This document shows, piece after piece, positions 1 through 7,695 of a stretch of 32,000 bases of DNA. The notes beneath the pieces were generated by a model. The model was not told where the DNA came from. It did not search any database and saw nothing but the letters and a program-made list of their open reading frames with translations. The stretch covers positions 30,001 through 62,000 of the forward strand of contig JAPWTW010000002.1 of NCBI GenBank assembly GCA_028275885.1. The letters run 5' to 3'. Both the position numbers and the translations under genes were made by a program. Position 1 is the first letter of the stretch. Each line of letters opens with the position of its first letter. The stretch is from Candidatus Nanopusillus sp. Lineage in GTDB: Archaea > Nanobdellota > Nanobdellia > Nanobdellales > Nanobdellaceae.

Positions 1-1596
1 AAAGTTGCCTTTATATCTCAAGAATTTGCAATTGATAAATTACCAACATATGCTGGAGGATTGGGAATTTTAGCAGGAGATCTACTTTATTCATCAAATG
101 ATTTAAAATATCCAATATATGGTGTAACATTTGTAAATAAAAATGGATATGGAAAATATGAAATAAAAAATAAAGAAATAATATATGAAGAAGAAAGTTA
201 TGATCCATTGGAATATTTTTTAGAAATTGAAGATAAATTTCATATAGATTTGAAAGATAAAAGGATATATTTTAAAGTATGGCAATATCCATTATCCCAT
301 TCAAAATTATTCTTATTTGACACAGATTTACAAGAAAATGATCCAACTATAAGAAAATTAACCGGAAGATTATATTATGAAGAAAATGAAGAGGAAAAAT
401 TATTAAAGGATTTATTGTTAGGATTGGGTGCATTAGAATTCTTTGAAAATTATGGAATAGAAATTGATAAATATCATTTAAATGAATCGCACGGAGGTTT
501 TTTAGCAATAGAATTATATAAAAGATATAGGGATATAAATAAGGTAAAAGAAAAGGTTGTATTTACTACTCATTCAATTATTGCGGGTCATGATTCATTT
601 GATTATAATCTAGTAGAAAAATATTATGATATTCCTGGAGAAATAAGAAATCTATCTCCAAATAAATTATCATTAACAAAAATATTATTTGAATTATCTG
701 GATTTGTAAATGCAGTATCATATAAACACAAAATAATTACTGAAAGTGTATATAATAAAAAGATAGATTATGTAACAAATGGTGTATATCATTTAAGGTG
801 GGTAAATAAAAAGATTGAATATTTATATGATACATATCTACATGGATGGAAAAACGAACCTGGAAAGTTTGCATATGCACAATCCATAAATAGGAAGGAA
901 TTCATAAAAGTAAAAAATATTGTAAAAAAAGATTTAATAGATTATATAAATATAAATTCATATTCAAATAAAGAATTTAGAGAAGATAGAATATTAATTA
1001 CTGTAAAAAGAAGGTTAACTGAATATAAAAGATTTCATATGTTATTATGGAGATTGGAAAGATTTGAAGAATTGGATAAAAAATATAAAATACAATTTTT
1101 ATTATCGGGCTCATTCCATCCAAAAGATGAATTTGTAAAAAATACAATAAGATGGATTTTAGATATTATGTCAACATTAAATACCCCAATTGGATTGATA
1201 TTAAATAGAGGATATGAACAAGAAAGAACAATTTTAGCAGGTACAGATTTATTTTTACATCTTCCAAGACCACCATTTGAAGCTTCAGGTACTTCTTGGA
1301 TGAGAGCTGCATTAAATGGTACTCCTACATTATTTTCAAGAGATGGTTCTCCATTAGAAATAATAATTGATGATTATAACGGATGGTTCTTTGGAGAAAA
1401 TAATTATGATATAAATAAAAATACAGATGATAAAGATGTAGAAGATTTCTATAATAAGTTAGATTATGTATTAAACATTTATAGAAATAATTATGATAAA
1501 TATATAGATGTATCATTGAATGCAATAAGAACAATAGGTCCAATATTTAATACTTATAGATGTTTTGAAGAATATATTAGTAAAGCATATGGATGA
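1..1596 (+). CDS. alpha-glucan (glycogen/maltodextrin) phosphorylase-like protein, GT35 family; 5' end cut by window edge
   Basis: Frame 1 is open from base 1 (KVAFISQEFAIDKLPTYAGGLGILAGD), so the TTG at 61 in the ORF track is internal. The N-terminal YAGGLGxLAGD motif and the C-terminal LPRPPFEASGTSWMRAALNG block match small alpha-glucan phosphorylases. The C-terminal FNTYRCFEEYISKAY resembles the family's RMVxEY tail. Confidence 0.8.
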   Translation, partial: KVAFISQEFAIDKLPTYAGGLGILAGDLLYSSNDLKYPIYGVTFVNKNGYGKYEIKNKEIIYEEESYDPLEYFLEIEDKFHIDLKDKRIYFKVWQYPLSHSKLFLFDTDLQENDPTIRKLTGRLYYEENEEEKLLKDLLLGLGALEFFENYGIEIDKYHLNESHGGFLAIELYKRYRDINKVKEKVVFTTHSIIAGHDSFDYNLVEKYYDIPGEIRNLSPNKLSLTKILFELSGFVNAVSYKHKIITESVYNKKIDYVTNGVYHLRWVNKKIEYLYDTYLHGWKNEPGKFAYAQSINRKEFIKVKNIVKKDLIDYININSYSNKEFREDRILITVKRRLTEYKRFHMLLWRLERFEELDKKYKIQFLLSGSFHPKDEFVKNTIRWILDIMSTLNTPIGLILNRGYEQERTILAGTDLFLHLPRPPFEASGTSWMRAALNGTPTLFSRDGSPLEIIIDDYNGWFFGENNYDINKNTDDKDVEDFYNKLDYVLNIYRNNYDKYIDVSLNAIRTIGPIFNTYRCFEEYISKAYG

Positions 1597-1642
1597 TGAA
1601 AGATATATACTGAAAGGTGATGAATTTTACCCATTCTGATTA
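1590..1642 (+). ncRNA. C/D box sRNA (2'-O-methylation guide)
   Basis: C box ATGATGA 1593-1599; 10-nt spacer AAGATATATA; D' box CTGA 1610-1613; C' box GTGATGA 1617-1623; 12-nt spacer ATTTTACCCATT; D box CTGA 1636-1639. It fills the 43-bp spacer between two convergent genes. Confidence 0.6.
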
Positions 1643-2689
1643 TTTTCCAAAAAAAGATAATATATTTTTTTGACTACCTTTCTTATATGCATTTTTTAAT
1701 TCTTCAATAGCTTTATTTACTCTATCTTCTGAAAAATCATGCTCATCAATTAATATTTTTCTTATTTTTTCTTCATCAACTTCTCCAAACTTTATATCCT
1801 CTTTCTTTATTTCAATTATTGGTGGATCTTCAAAGAATTCTTCAAGTTCTTTCCAAGAAATTTCTTTATAATATTTTTCCCATCCAACATATTTAAACAA
1901 CCTTTCAGGATCGTCGCTATTTTTTACAAGTTCGTATGCAGTTTTTACTCCTATTCCAGGAATTCCATCAGGATTATAATCAGTTCCAATAATTAAAGCA
2001 AACCATATTAACTTTTTATAATCTAACTTTAAATAATTTAATATATCGTTTAATTCAATAATTTCTGGATTTATTTCAACTTCTACTCCTCTTACTTTTC
2101 TCTTTCCGCTTATTGTTAAATTTCTTGCAACTCTCAATCCTCCAAATAATAATGAATCATAATCTTGTGATCCAACATAATCTGCAATTCCTTTTTTAAC
2201 TAAATATGCAGCCTGTGCTTCTCCTTCAGAAGGTGCTTGTACATATGGAACCCCCATTGCTTCTAATAATTCTTTTGATTCTTCTACCATATTAAATTCT
2301 AATTTTGATGTAAATTCTGCATATTTCTTTAAATCTCCTTTTATACCCATTTCAATTGCCTTTTTATATTTTTCTTCCATCTTTTTTCTTTGTTCTTCTC
2401 TTAATTCTTGTTCTTTTTTCTTAAATTCTGGATGCTTTCCATCAAATACATAAATTACTTTTATTCCATATTCGATTAAGTTTTTTGTCCTATAAAATAA
2501 GCCAGATAGATGTGATGTAATTCTTCCTTTTGAATCTTTTAAAGGTGTGCCATCAGGTTGTCTTATTGCAGCTAAAAATTGATATAAAGCATTAAATGCA
2601 TCCAATGCAACAACTTTTCCAGATAAATATGAAAAATCAACTTCCTTTATTACGGGTTTTATTAGCTCTCTTATTTCTGCTAAACCCAT
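1640..2689 (-). CDS. fen: flap endonuclease 1 (FEN-1)
   Basis: N-terminal MGLAEIRELI...GKVVALDAFNALYQFL...RITSHLSGLFYRT...VIYVFDG is the canonical XPG-N/I nuclease. The C-terminal QKNILSFF is a PIP-box-like PCNA-binding motif. Confidence 0.95.
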   Translation of the reverse strand: MGLAEIRELIKPVIKEVDFSYLSGKVVALDAFNALYQFLAAIRQPDGTPLKDSKGRITSHLSGLFYRTKNLIEYGIKVIYVFDGKHPEFKKKEQELREEQRKKMEEKYKKAIEMGIKGDLKKYAEFTSKLEFNMVEESKELLEAMGVPYVQAPSEGEAQAAYLVKKGIADYVGSQDYDSLLFGGLRVARNLTISGKRKVRGVEVEINPEIIELNDILNYLKLDYKKLIWFALIIGTDYNPDGIPGIGVKTAYELVKNSDDPERLFKYVGWEKYYKEISWKELEEFFEDPPIIEIKKEDIKFGEVDEEKIRKILIDEHDFSEDRVNKAIEELKNAYKKGSQKNILSFFGK

Positions 2690-2711
2690 TTAAATAATTT
2701 ATTTTATAATG

Positions 2712-2719
2712 TTTTAAAT
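2712..2719 (-). promoter_or_regulatory. TATA-like box (ATTTAAAA) about 26 bp upstream of the fen ATG
   Basis: Position relative to the start codon at 2689. AT-rich background makes chance matches common. Confidence 0.3.
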
Positions 2720-2771
2720 TTAATTATTGTTTTTTAAATATTTTTCTATAAATTCTTTTACCGAAATTGCA

Positions 2772-3177
2772 TTACCTTTTTTTTATTAAATTCTGATCTT
2801 CAGATACCAAAATAAGTCTAAAATTTTTTGAAGCATATACATAAGATGCATCATAATATGTCAAATTCTTTTCTATTGCAATTTTTATTATTTCAATAAA
2901 GTATAAAGATAAATTTTCAATTTTATTAAGTTCTTTTAATATTTCATAAATAACCTCATAAGTTCTTATCGGATTGTTAATTCTTTTAAATATATAGTAA
3001 TATTTCCAAATAGCGTTTCCAATTTCATAAAAAGTAAGATTTAATATATAAATATTTTTAGAACTTATCCTATCAATATAATCTGTATAAGATAATCTGT
3101 ATAAGTAGTTAGAAGTTTATATAATGCAGATGAATCAAATAAAAATTAAGAGAAGTAATATCTAGTTTAGTAAGCAT
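2772..3177 (-). pseudogene. PIN-domain (VapC-like) ribonuclease pseudogene, frameshifted
   Basis: Minus-strand translation gives FLFDSSALYKLLTTYTDY in one frame. Another frame gives IDRISSKNIYILNLTFYEIGNAIWK...IAIEKNLTYYDASYVYASKNFRLILVSEDQNLIKKR*. The PIN acidic residues D, E, D, D are all present. The frames are separated by a perfect 14-bp tandem duplication at 3078-3105. The only upstream ATG (3175-3177) is in a third frame, across a T5 run. Confidence 0.65.
3078..3105. repeat. perfect 14-bp tandem duplication (ATAATCTGTATAAG x2)
   Basis: Read directly: 3078-3091 is identical to 3092-3105. Since 14 is not a multiple of 3, it shifts the PIN reading frame. Confidence 0.95.
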
Positions 3178-3507
3178 AATTCTTGCAATATATTATTTTC
3201 AAATTACTGGTGATGGTGAACCATTAGAGAAGCCATTTGAGGAATTAAAAAGAGAAGTTAAGAAGTATGAGATGAGAATTATAACAAATGATGAAATTTA
3301 TGATATAAATTTAGAGGAATATGTTGCTACTAATCTACGTAGGCCATATAATATAATGCAACAATAATCTAAAGATTATGACTTTATGAGATTTGTACTA
3401 TATGAAAAAAGCGATTTAAAAAGACTATATGAAGAAATTAATGAATATTATAGATTAAAAGGTAAAGATAAAATAATCAGTATTTCTGTGACAATAAAGG
3501 ACAAAAG

Positions 3508-4212
3508 CTATCCAATTGTAATAATTAGCCTTTTATTATTTTTACCTTTATTTTCTTTTCCAATAATTTTTATTTTTCCAACTTCTTTTGTAGATTTTAC
3601 ATGTGTTCCTCCATCCAATTGTACATCAATATCCCCAATACTAACTATTCTTAAAACATCGTATTTTTCATATCTTTTTTCATCCATTAATCTTTTTAAT
3701 TGAGGCATTTTTTCAAGTTCTTCTTTACTTATAAATTTTGCGTATACAGGCAAATCTTTATTAACAATTTCATTTGCCTTTTCTTCAATTTTCTTTACTA
3801 ATTCGTCATCCAATTTATCTAAATCAAAATCTATTCTTGCTTTATCTTCATATATTTGACTTCCAGTAATTTTTACATTACCAAACATATTATTCAATAC
3901 TGCAGATAATATATGTAAGGCTGTATGTAACCTCATTAATTTGTATCTTCTTTCCCAGTTTATTTTTCCTTTAACAATATCGCCAACTTTAAAATTTGGC
4001 TCTTTTTCTAATAAATGTACAATATTTCCTTTATCATCATAATATGTATCTAATACTTTTATTCCATTTATTTCTCCAGTATCTCCTGGCTGACCTCCGC
4101 TTCTTGCATAAAAGGCGGTTCTATCTAAAATAACTTCTCTTCCTCTAATTTCAATAACTCTTCCTTCAAATTCTTTTAAATATTGATCTTGCCAGAAAAG
4201 TTTTTCAGCCAT
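3508..4212 (-). CDS. alaX: alanyl-tRNA editing protein AlaX (AlaX-M type)
   Basis: Has the HTALHIL and DGGTHV zinc/editing motifs and the N-terminal FYARSGGQPGDTG block, as in the AlaRS editing/second additional domain. Confidence 0.9.
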   Translation of the reverse strand: MAEKLFWQDQYLKEFEGRVIEIRGREVILDRTAFYARSGGQPGDTGEINGIKVLDTYYDDKGNIVHLLEKEPNFKVGDIVKGKINWERRYKLMRLHTALHILSAVLNNMFGNVKITGSQIYEDKARIDFDLDKLDDELVKKIEEKANEIVNKDLPVYAKFISKEELEKMPQLKRLMDEKRYEKYDVLRIVSIGDIDVQLDGGTHVKSTKEVGKIKIIGKENKGKNNKRLIITIG

Positions 4213-4293
4213 AGAAAATAATATAAGGATATCCTTATCTACCTTTCTGTTAAAAATATACTATGAAAAACGGACAGTTTAGATTTAAATAAT

Positions 4294-4790
4294 ATGATAG
4301 AAGAAAATAGTAAAAGAAGAATTTTAAAAGATATATTTAGATCCTTCCGGAAGAAAATATAACGCAAAACTAGACGATATTATATATTTTATTGACAAAG
4401 ATCCTATAGCAGTATATTATTACAAAGGAATTTATAGAAGGTTGTGAAGATATTGAAGTATGCAAAGAAGGAAAAATAAAAATTAGAAAAGTACTAAAAT
4501 ATTTAGATTATGAGAAAAAATTAAGTAAGATATTAGTTAAGATGTTTGGAAATATTAACATAGTTAAAGAAATTATAGATAATGATAATGATATAGATTA
4601 AGAACCTTATAAAAGTTTGGGAGAAAAGTATGCAGAATTATATTTTACTATTAATTATATAAAAATAAGTAATATTACAAAGGAAAATATAGCAAAAATC
4701 ATTAATGAATTTTTAAATAGTAAATTAAGTTATGGTCTATTTAAATATTATAACAACATAAAAGATAAGCCAATCCCATATATTGTTTAA
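4294..4790 (+). pseudogene. decayed gene of unknown family (consecutive fragments in three frames plus an in-frame stop)
   Basis: A 580-bp stretch with no ORF of 60 aa or more. Protein-like fragments follow one another: 4294-4362 (MIEENSKRRILKDIFRSF), 4328-4447 (LDPSGRKYNAKLDDIIYFIDKDPIAVYYYKG), 4410-4601 (EGCEDIEVCKEGKIKIRKVLKYLDYEKKLSKILVKMFGNINIV...DID*), then 4602-4790 in the same frame after a TAA. Confidence 0.35.
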
Positions 4791-4792
4791 TT

Positions 4793-5206
4793 TTATTCTC
4801 CAATTATTGTTACAAATACTTTTCTCTCTCTTGATTCAAATAATTCTAAAAATATTATCCTTTGCCAAGTCCCTAGTAAAAGTTTTCCATCTTTTATTGG
4901 TATACATAAAGATTGTGATAGTAGATTTGTTTTTATATGTGCAGTTGCATTAATATTTCCTTCATAATTATGATAGTATTTTATATTTAGTGGTAATATT
5001 CTATTAAAAAATTCTTCAATATCTTTAAATATTGTTTCATCATTTTCTTGTATTATTATACATGCAGTATTATGTAATGAAAATAATGATAATATACCAT
5101 TTTTTATTCTCGATTCTTTTAATACTTCATTAACCATATCTGTTATATCTATAAAATCATATGGACCTTTTGTTTTTATTTTTATTTCTTTTTGATATAT
5201 ATTCAT
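4793..5206 (-). CDS. YjbQ/UPF0047 family protein (secondary thiamine-phosphate synthase-like)
   Basis: HNTACIIIQENDE, YHNYEGNINATAHIK and KLLLGTWQRIIFLEL match the YjbQ signature (HTTA..NE, H..EG..N..AH.K, LGTWQ). Confidence 0.85.
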   Translation of the reverse strand: MNIYQKEIKIKTKGPYDFIDITDMVNEVLKESRIKNGILSLFSLHNTACIIIQENDETIFKDIEEFFNRILPLNIKYYHNYEGNINATAHIKTNLLSQSLCIPIKDGKLLLGTWQRIIFLELFESRERKVFVTIIGE

Positions 5207-5300
5207 ATAATTTTATTTTTTTAGTGTTTTAAATATTTTTAATTTGTTTTAATATTTTTGTGTTAAAATAAAATTAAAGATTGATCGCGAAAAATCAAAA

Positions 5301-5308
5301 TTTATAAA
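5301..5308 (+). promoter_or_regulatory. TATA-like box TTTATAAA about 26 bp upstream of the ATG at 5331
   Basis: Canonical archaeal TATA octamer at the spacing expected for a leaderless mRNA. Confidence 0.3.
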
Positions 5309-5330
5309 TTCCTATTGACATAAAAAAATA

Positions 5331-6005
5331 ATGATCAGAGATAAAATAAGAAGTATCGCTTTTTTAATTGTATTAATAATAATCATTGCTGTTGTAGCGT
5401 TGGTTTATCTTTATGTAAATTATACTAAAAGTAATATTTATGTTATATGGAAAGGAGACTTATTTAATAGTACGGTTAATGCAATAATTTCTTTTGCAGA
5501 AAAATATTGGGGAGGACCATGGTTTGTAGTAGATAATGAGACATTTTATGCAATTTATAATGGTAGAGGCGGATATGATATAATGTTTATAAATGGAACT
5601 ATATTAGCGGTTGAAAAAGGGGTTTTATATGATAAATTTGTTTTAGATTCTAATATATCTCCACCAAAAGAAATGGTATTTATAGTTCTTTCTAATTCTA
5701 CAAAATTTGATGGTGCGTTAATAACGTTATTTGGATATTATTGGGATTCAGTTCCAAATCCAGCTCAAGAGGCATATGAACAAGTAATGAGTGAATTAAA
5801 AGGCAATTTTACTTTTGATGAAAACATAGGTATGAGGGGTGATAATATATATATGTATGAATCTTCCGGATACTATATATCATACATAGAATTAGGTCAA
5901 CATATATTTATGAGAATTTTTACTGCAAATATAAATGCTTCTATAAATCAATTACATACATTTGTTCCTGAAGTAGAATATTTTTTAAAATCAACATTAA
6001 GATAG
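5331..6005 (+). CDS. hypothetical membrane-anchored, probably extracytoplasmic protein
   Basis: One N-terminal hydrophobic helix (IAFLIVLIIIIAVVALVYLYV) followed by a soluble domain with eight N-x-S/T sequons. No family recognised. Confidence 0.6.
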   Translation: MIRDKIRSIAFLIVLIIIIAVVALVYLYVNYTKSNIYVIWKGDLFNSTVNAIISFAEKYWGGPWFVVDNETFYAIYNGRGGYDIMFINGTILAVEKGVLYDKFVLDSNISPPKEMVFIVLSNSTKFDGALITLFGYYWDSVPNPAQEAYEQVMSELKGNFTFDENIGMRGDNIYMYESSGYYISYIELGQHIFMRIFTANINASINQLHTFVPEVEYFLKSTLR

Positions 6006-6107
6006 TAAAAAAATTTTTATTAGGTAATAATATTTATATTTCTGTGTTTTTTGAAGGCTTAAAATCCGATATTAAAGTTATCTGACCTGGAAGATAAATA
6101 TTTATTT

Positions 6108-6179
6108 TGGACCCGCCGGGATTTGAACCCGGGACCTCTGGCTAGCGAGGCCAGAATCCTACCACTAGACTACGGGCCC
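6108..6179 (-). tRNA. tRNA-Ala (anticodon CGC)
   Basis: Reverse complement folds as a cloverleaf: GGGCCCG TA GTCTAGTGGTAGGATT CTGGC CTCGCTA GCCAG AGGTC CCGGG TTCAAAT CCCGG CGGGTCC A. The G3:U70 alanine identity pair is present. No encoded CCA and no intron. Confidence 0.95.
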
Positions 6180-6202
6180 TAAAAATATAATTATTTAAAA
6201 AA

Positions 6203-6210
6203 TTATATAG
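6203..6210 (-). promoter_or_regulatory. TATA-like box (CTATATAA) about 27 bp upstream of the mature 5' end of tRNA-Ala
   Basis: The spacing would start transcription at or next to tRNA position +1. Confidence 0.3.
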
Positions 6211-6370
6211 TTAATAAAATCTGAAGAAGTGCAAGTATATCTAAAACAACAATACTTCCAGCCGCAAATTTTACATATTCACTGCTAAAAAATGACGGAT
6301 TCCATAATAAATATAGTTCTACTAGTGTACCTATAATTATAAATGTACTCATCAATAATTTACTGTCCAT
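6203..6370 (-). CDS. possible small (55 aa) two-helix membrane protein
   Basis: ATG-initiated ORF below the track threshold: MDSKLLMSTFIIIGTLVELYLLWNPSFFSSEYVKFAAGSIVVLDILALLQILLTI. It fills a gap that is otherwise non-coding. No homology recognised. Confidence 0.3.
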   Translation of the reverse strand: MDSKLLMSTFIIIGTLVELYLLWNPSFFSSEYVKFAAGSIVVLDILALLQILLTI

Positions 6371-6441
6371 GTATTATATATATTGTTTTGGAAATATAAA
6401 TCAATGCTTATCAAATATGATTTATAAAGATTATAAAAAAT

Positions 6442-6807
6442 TTATATTATCAATTTTCCCTTTCCTGGAGATCCTATAGATTTTGCAATTTCTTCCCATT
6501 TTTCTCCAAAGTTTTGTTTATATAGTTCTATTATTTCACTTGTCAGTAAATTTTCTCTTTTTAGTTTCCAATACGATACTGGTATCTTATTTTTTAGCAT
6601 TTCCTTTATTAAATCTTCAGTCTTTACCCCTTTATTTATATTTAGTACTTTATCTGTAGGTTCTAAATGTTTTATGTTTACCCTTCTTCTCTTTATATCC
6701 CCATCTGCTAATACAAAATTATTATCAATTACATCAATTACTACGCAATATCTTCCAGCCTCTCTTCCCTTTAATTTTATACATACTCTACCAATGTTCA
6801 ATAACAT
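6442..6807 (-). CDS. rpl14e: 50S ribosomal protein L14e (eL14), with C-terminal extension
   Basis: KOW-like GRVCIKLKGREAGRYCVVIDVIDNNFVL...RRRVNIKHLEPT, and the conserved position next to L34e. Confidence 0.85.
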   Translation of the reverse strand: MLLNIGRVCIKLKGREAGRYCVVIDVIDNNFVLADGDIKRRRVNIKHLEPTDKVLNINKGVKTEDLIKEMLKNKIPVSYWKLKRENLLTSEIIELYKQNFGEKWEEIAKSIGSPGKGKLII

Positions 6808-6809
6808 TT

Positions 6810-7079
6810 TTATTGATTAGAATTTAATATTTTTATCTTTTCCCTTACTTTTTCCTTTAATAAATTTTCTAAGCATTTATGACATAAATATCCCCCATAC
6901 TTTCTGCTAATTCTCTTTTGCGATAAGTTTAATCTTCTATATTTTGAAGGATGCAATGCAGGTAATCCTTGTAATTTTCTTCCACATATTGCACATCTTG
7001 GTACATTTCCTTTCTTTAATTTTACAATTATAGATATTCTACCAGAGGGTGTTTTTCTAATTAAGTATGTCTTAGCCAT
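6810..7079 (-). CDS. rpl34e: 50S ribosomal protein L34e (eL34)
   Basis: RKTPSGR...CAICGRKLQG...SRKYGGYLCHKC is the typical eL34 pattern. Confidence 0.9.
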   Translation of the reverse strand: MAKTYLIRKTPSGRISIIVKLKKGNVPRCAICGRKLQGLPALHPSKYRRLNLSQKRISRKYGGYLCHKCLENLLKEKVREKIKILNSNQ

Positions 7080-7695
7080 TTTTATTATCTATTTTAGATT
7101 TTTTTATAAATCTTGAGTAAATAATATTAGATATTAATAAGATAATTTGTGACAAAATATATAATATTATATATAGAATTAAAGGATTTAGCCAATTTAT
7201 ATTTATTATTGGTAAATTAAATGGTAATGTATTTGTTATAACATTTACTGATAATAATCTTGGTTCATATGTCCCATTTAAAGTTATTATATTATAATTT
7301 GCATGATAAAAACCTAAAAAACTATTATTATAGTATATAGCAAAATCTTGATTGTATAATATTGGATTTGTTATTAATATACTTGTTGTATTATTTACAT
7401 TTACAGTATAAAATCCTGATTGAAATCCAAAAATAATAAAAATTAATATAACAATTCCAAATATAGTAATAATTATTGTATGTTTCATCATTTTCGAATA
7501 TATTTTTGTAAGCTCTTCCATAATATTACTTAATTCTTCTATTTTTCCAGATTTAAAACTTTCAATATATTTCTTCTGTATTTCTTGCAACTTTTTTTGA
7601 TGTTCTCTTACTCTAGTCTTTCTTTCAATTATCTTTATTATTATATTTACCAATATAACTAAAAATAATACATAGAAGAATAGTAAATTTATCAT
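7072..7695 (-). CDS. DUF106 / EMC3-TMCO1-like membrane protein (archaeal YidC/Oxa1-like insertase candidate)
   Basis: TM1 is followed by a charged coiled hairpin (REHQKKLQEIQKKYIESFKSGKIEELSNIMEELTKIYSKMMK), then further TM segments. It sits at the conserved operon position downstream of secY. Confidence 0.5.
   Translation of the reverse strand: MINLLFFYVLFLVILVNIIIKIIERKTRVREHQKKLQEIQKKYIESFKSGKIEELSNIMEELTKIYSKMMKHTIIITIFGIVILIFIIFGFQSGFYTVNVNNTTSILITNPILYNQDFAIYYNNSFLGFYHANYNIITLNGTYEPRLLSVNVITNTLPFNLPIININWLNPLILYIILYILSQIILLISNIIYSRFIKKSKIDNKNG

Noticed and set aside
3124-3368. Possible frameshifted plus-strand small gene (MQMNQIKIK... then ...VISSLVSIILAIYYFQITGDGEPLEKPFEELKREVKKYE...) overlapping the 5' end of the PIN pseudogene.
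   Set aside because: To restore it, the A5 run at 3141-3145 must be shorter. To restore the PIN N-terminus, the same run must be longer. Both cannot be true, and the PIN reading has real motif support. There is no homology for the plus-strand reading.
3386-3703. 105-aa plus-strand ORF partly overlapping alaX.
   Set aside because: Two thirds of it is antisense to the well-supported alaX gene and reads as hydrophobic low complexity. The non-overlapping 40 codons have no recognisable motif.
5226-5300. Imperfect direct repeats (GTTTTAAATATTTTT / GTTTTAATATTTTTG) and a small inverted repeat TTGAT-CGCGAAAA-ATCAA in the divergent spacer between the yjbQ-like gene and ORF 5331.
   Set aside because: These are short, AT-rich and imperfect, so they are indistinguishable from chance at this composition. 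They may be promoter sequence, but I cannot support a specific operator call.
6041-6107. Slightly GC-enriched spacer downstream of tRNA-Ala containing CTGA and CCGA, considered as a degenerate C/D sRNA or a split-tRNA half.
   Set aside because: It has no UGAUGA-type C or C' box (the best match is TGAAGG), no convincing stem, and no tRNA-like acceptor or T-arm sequence.
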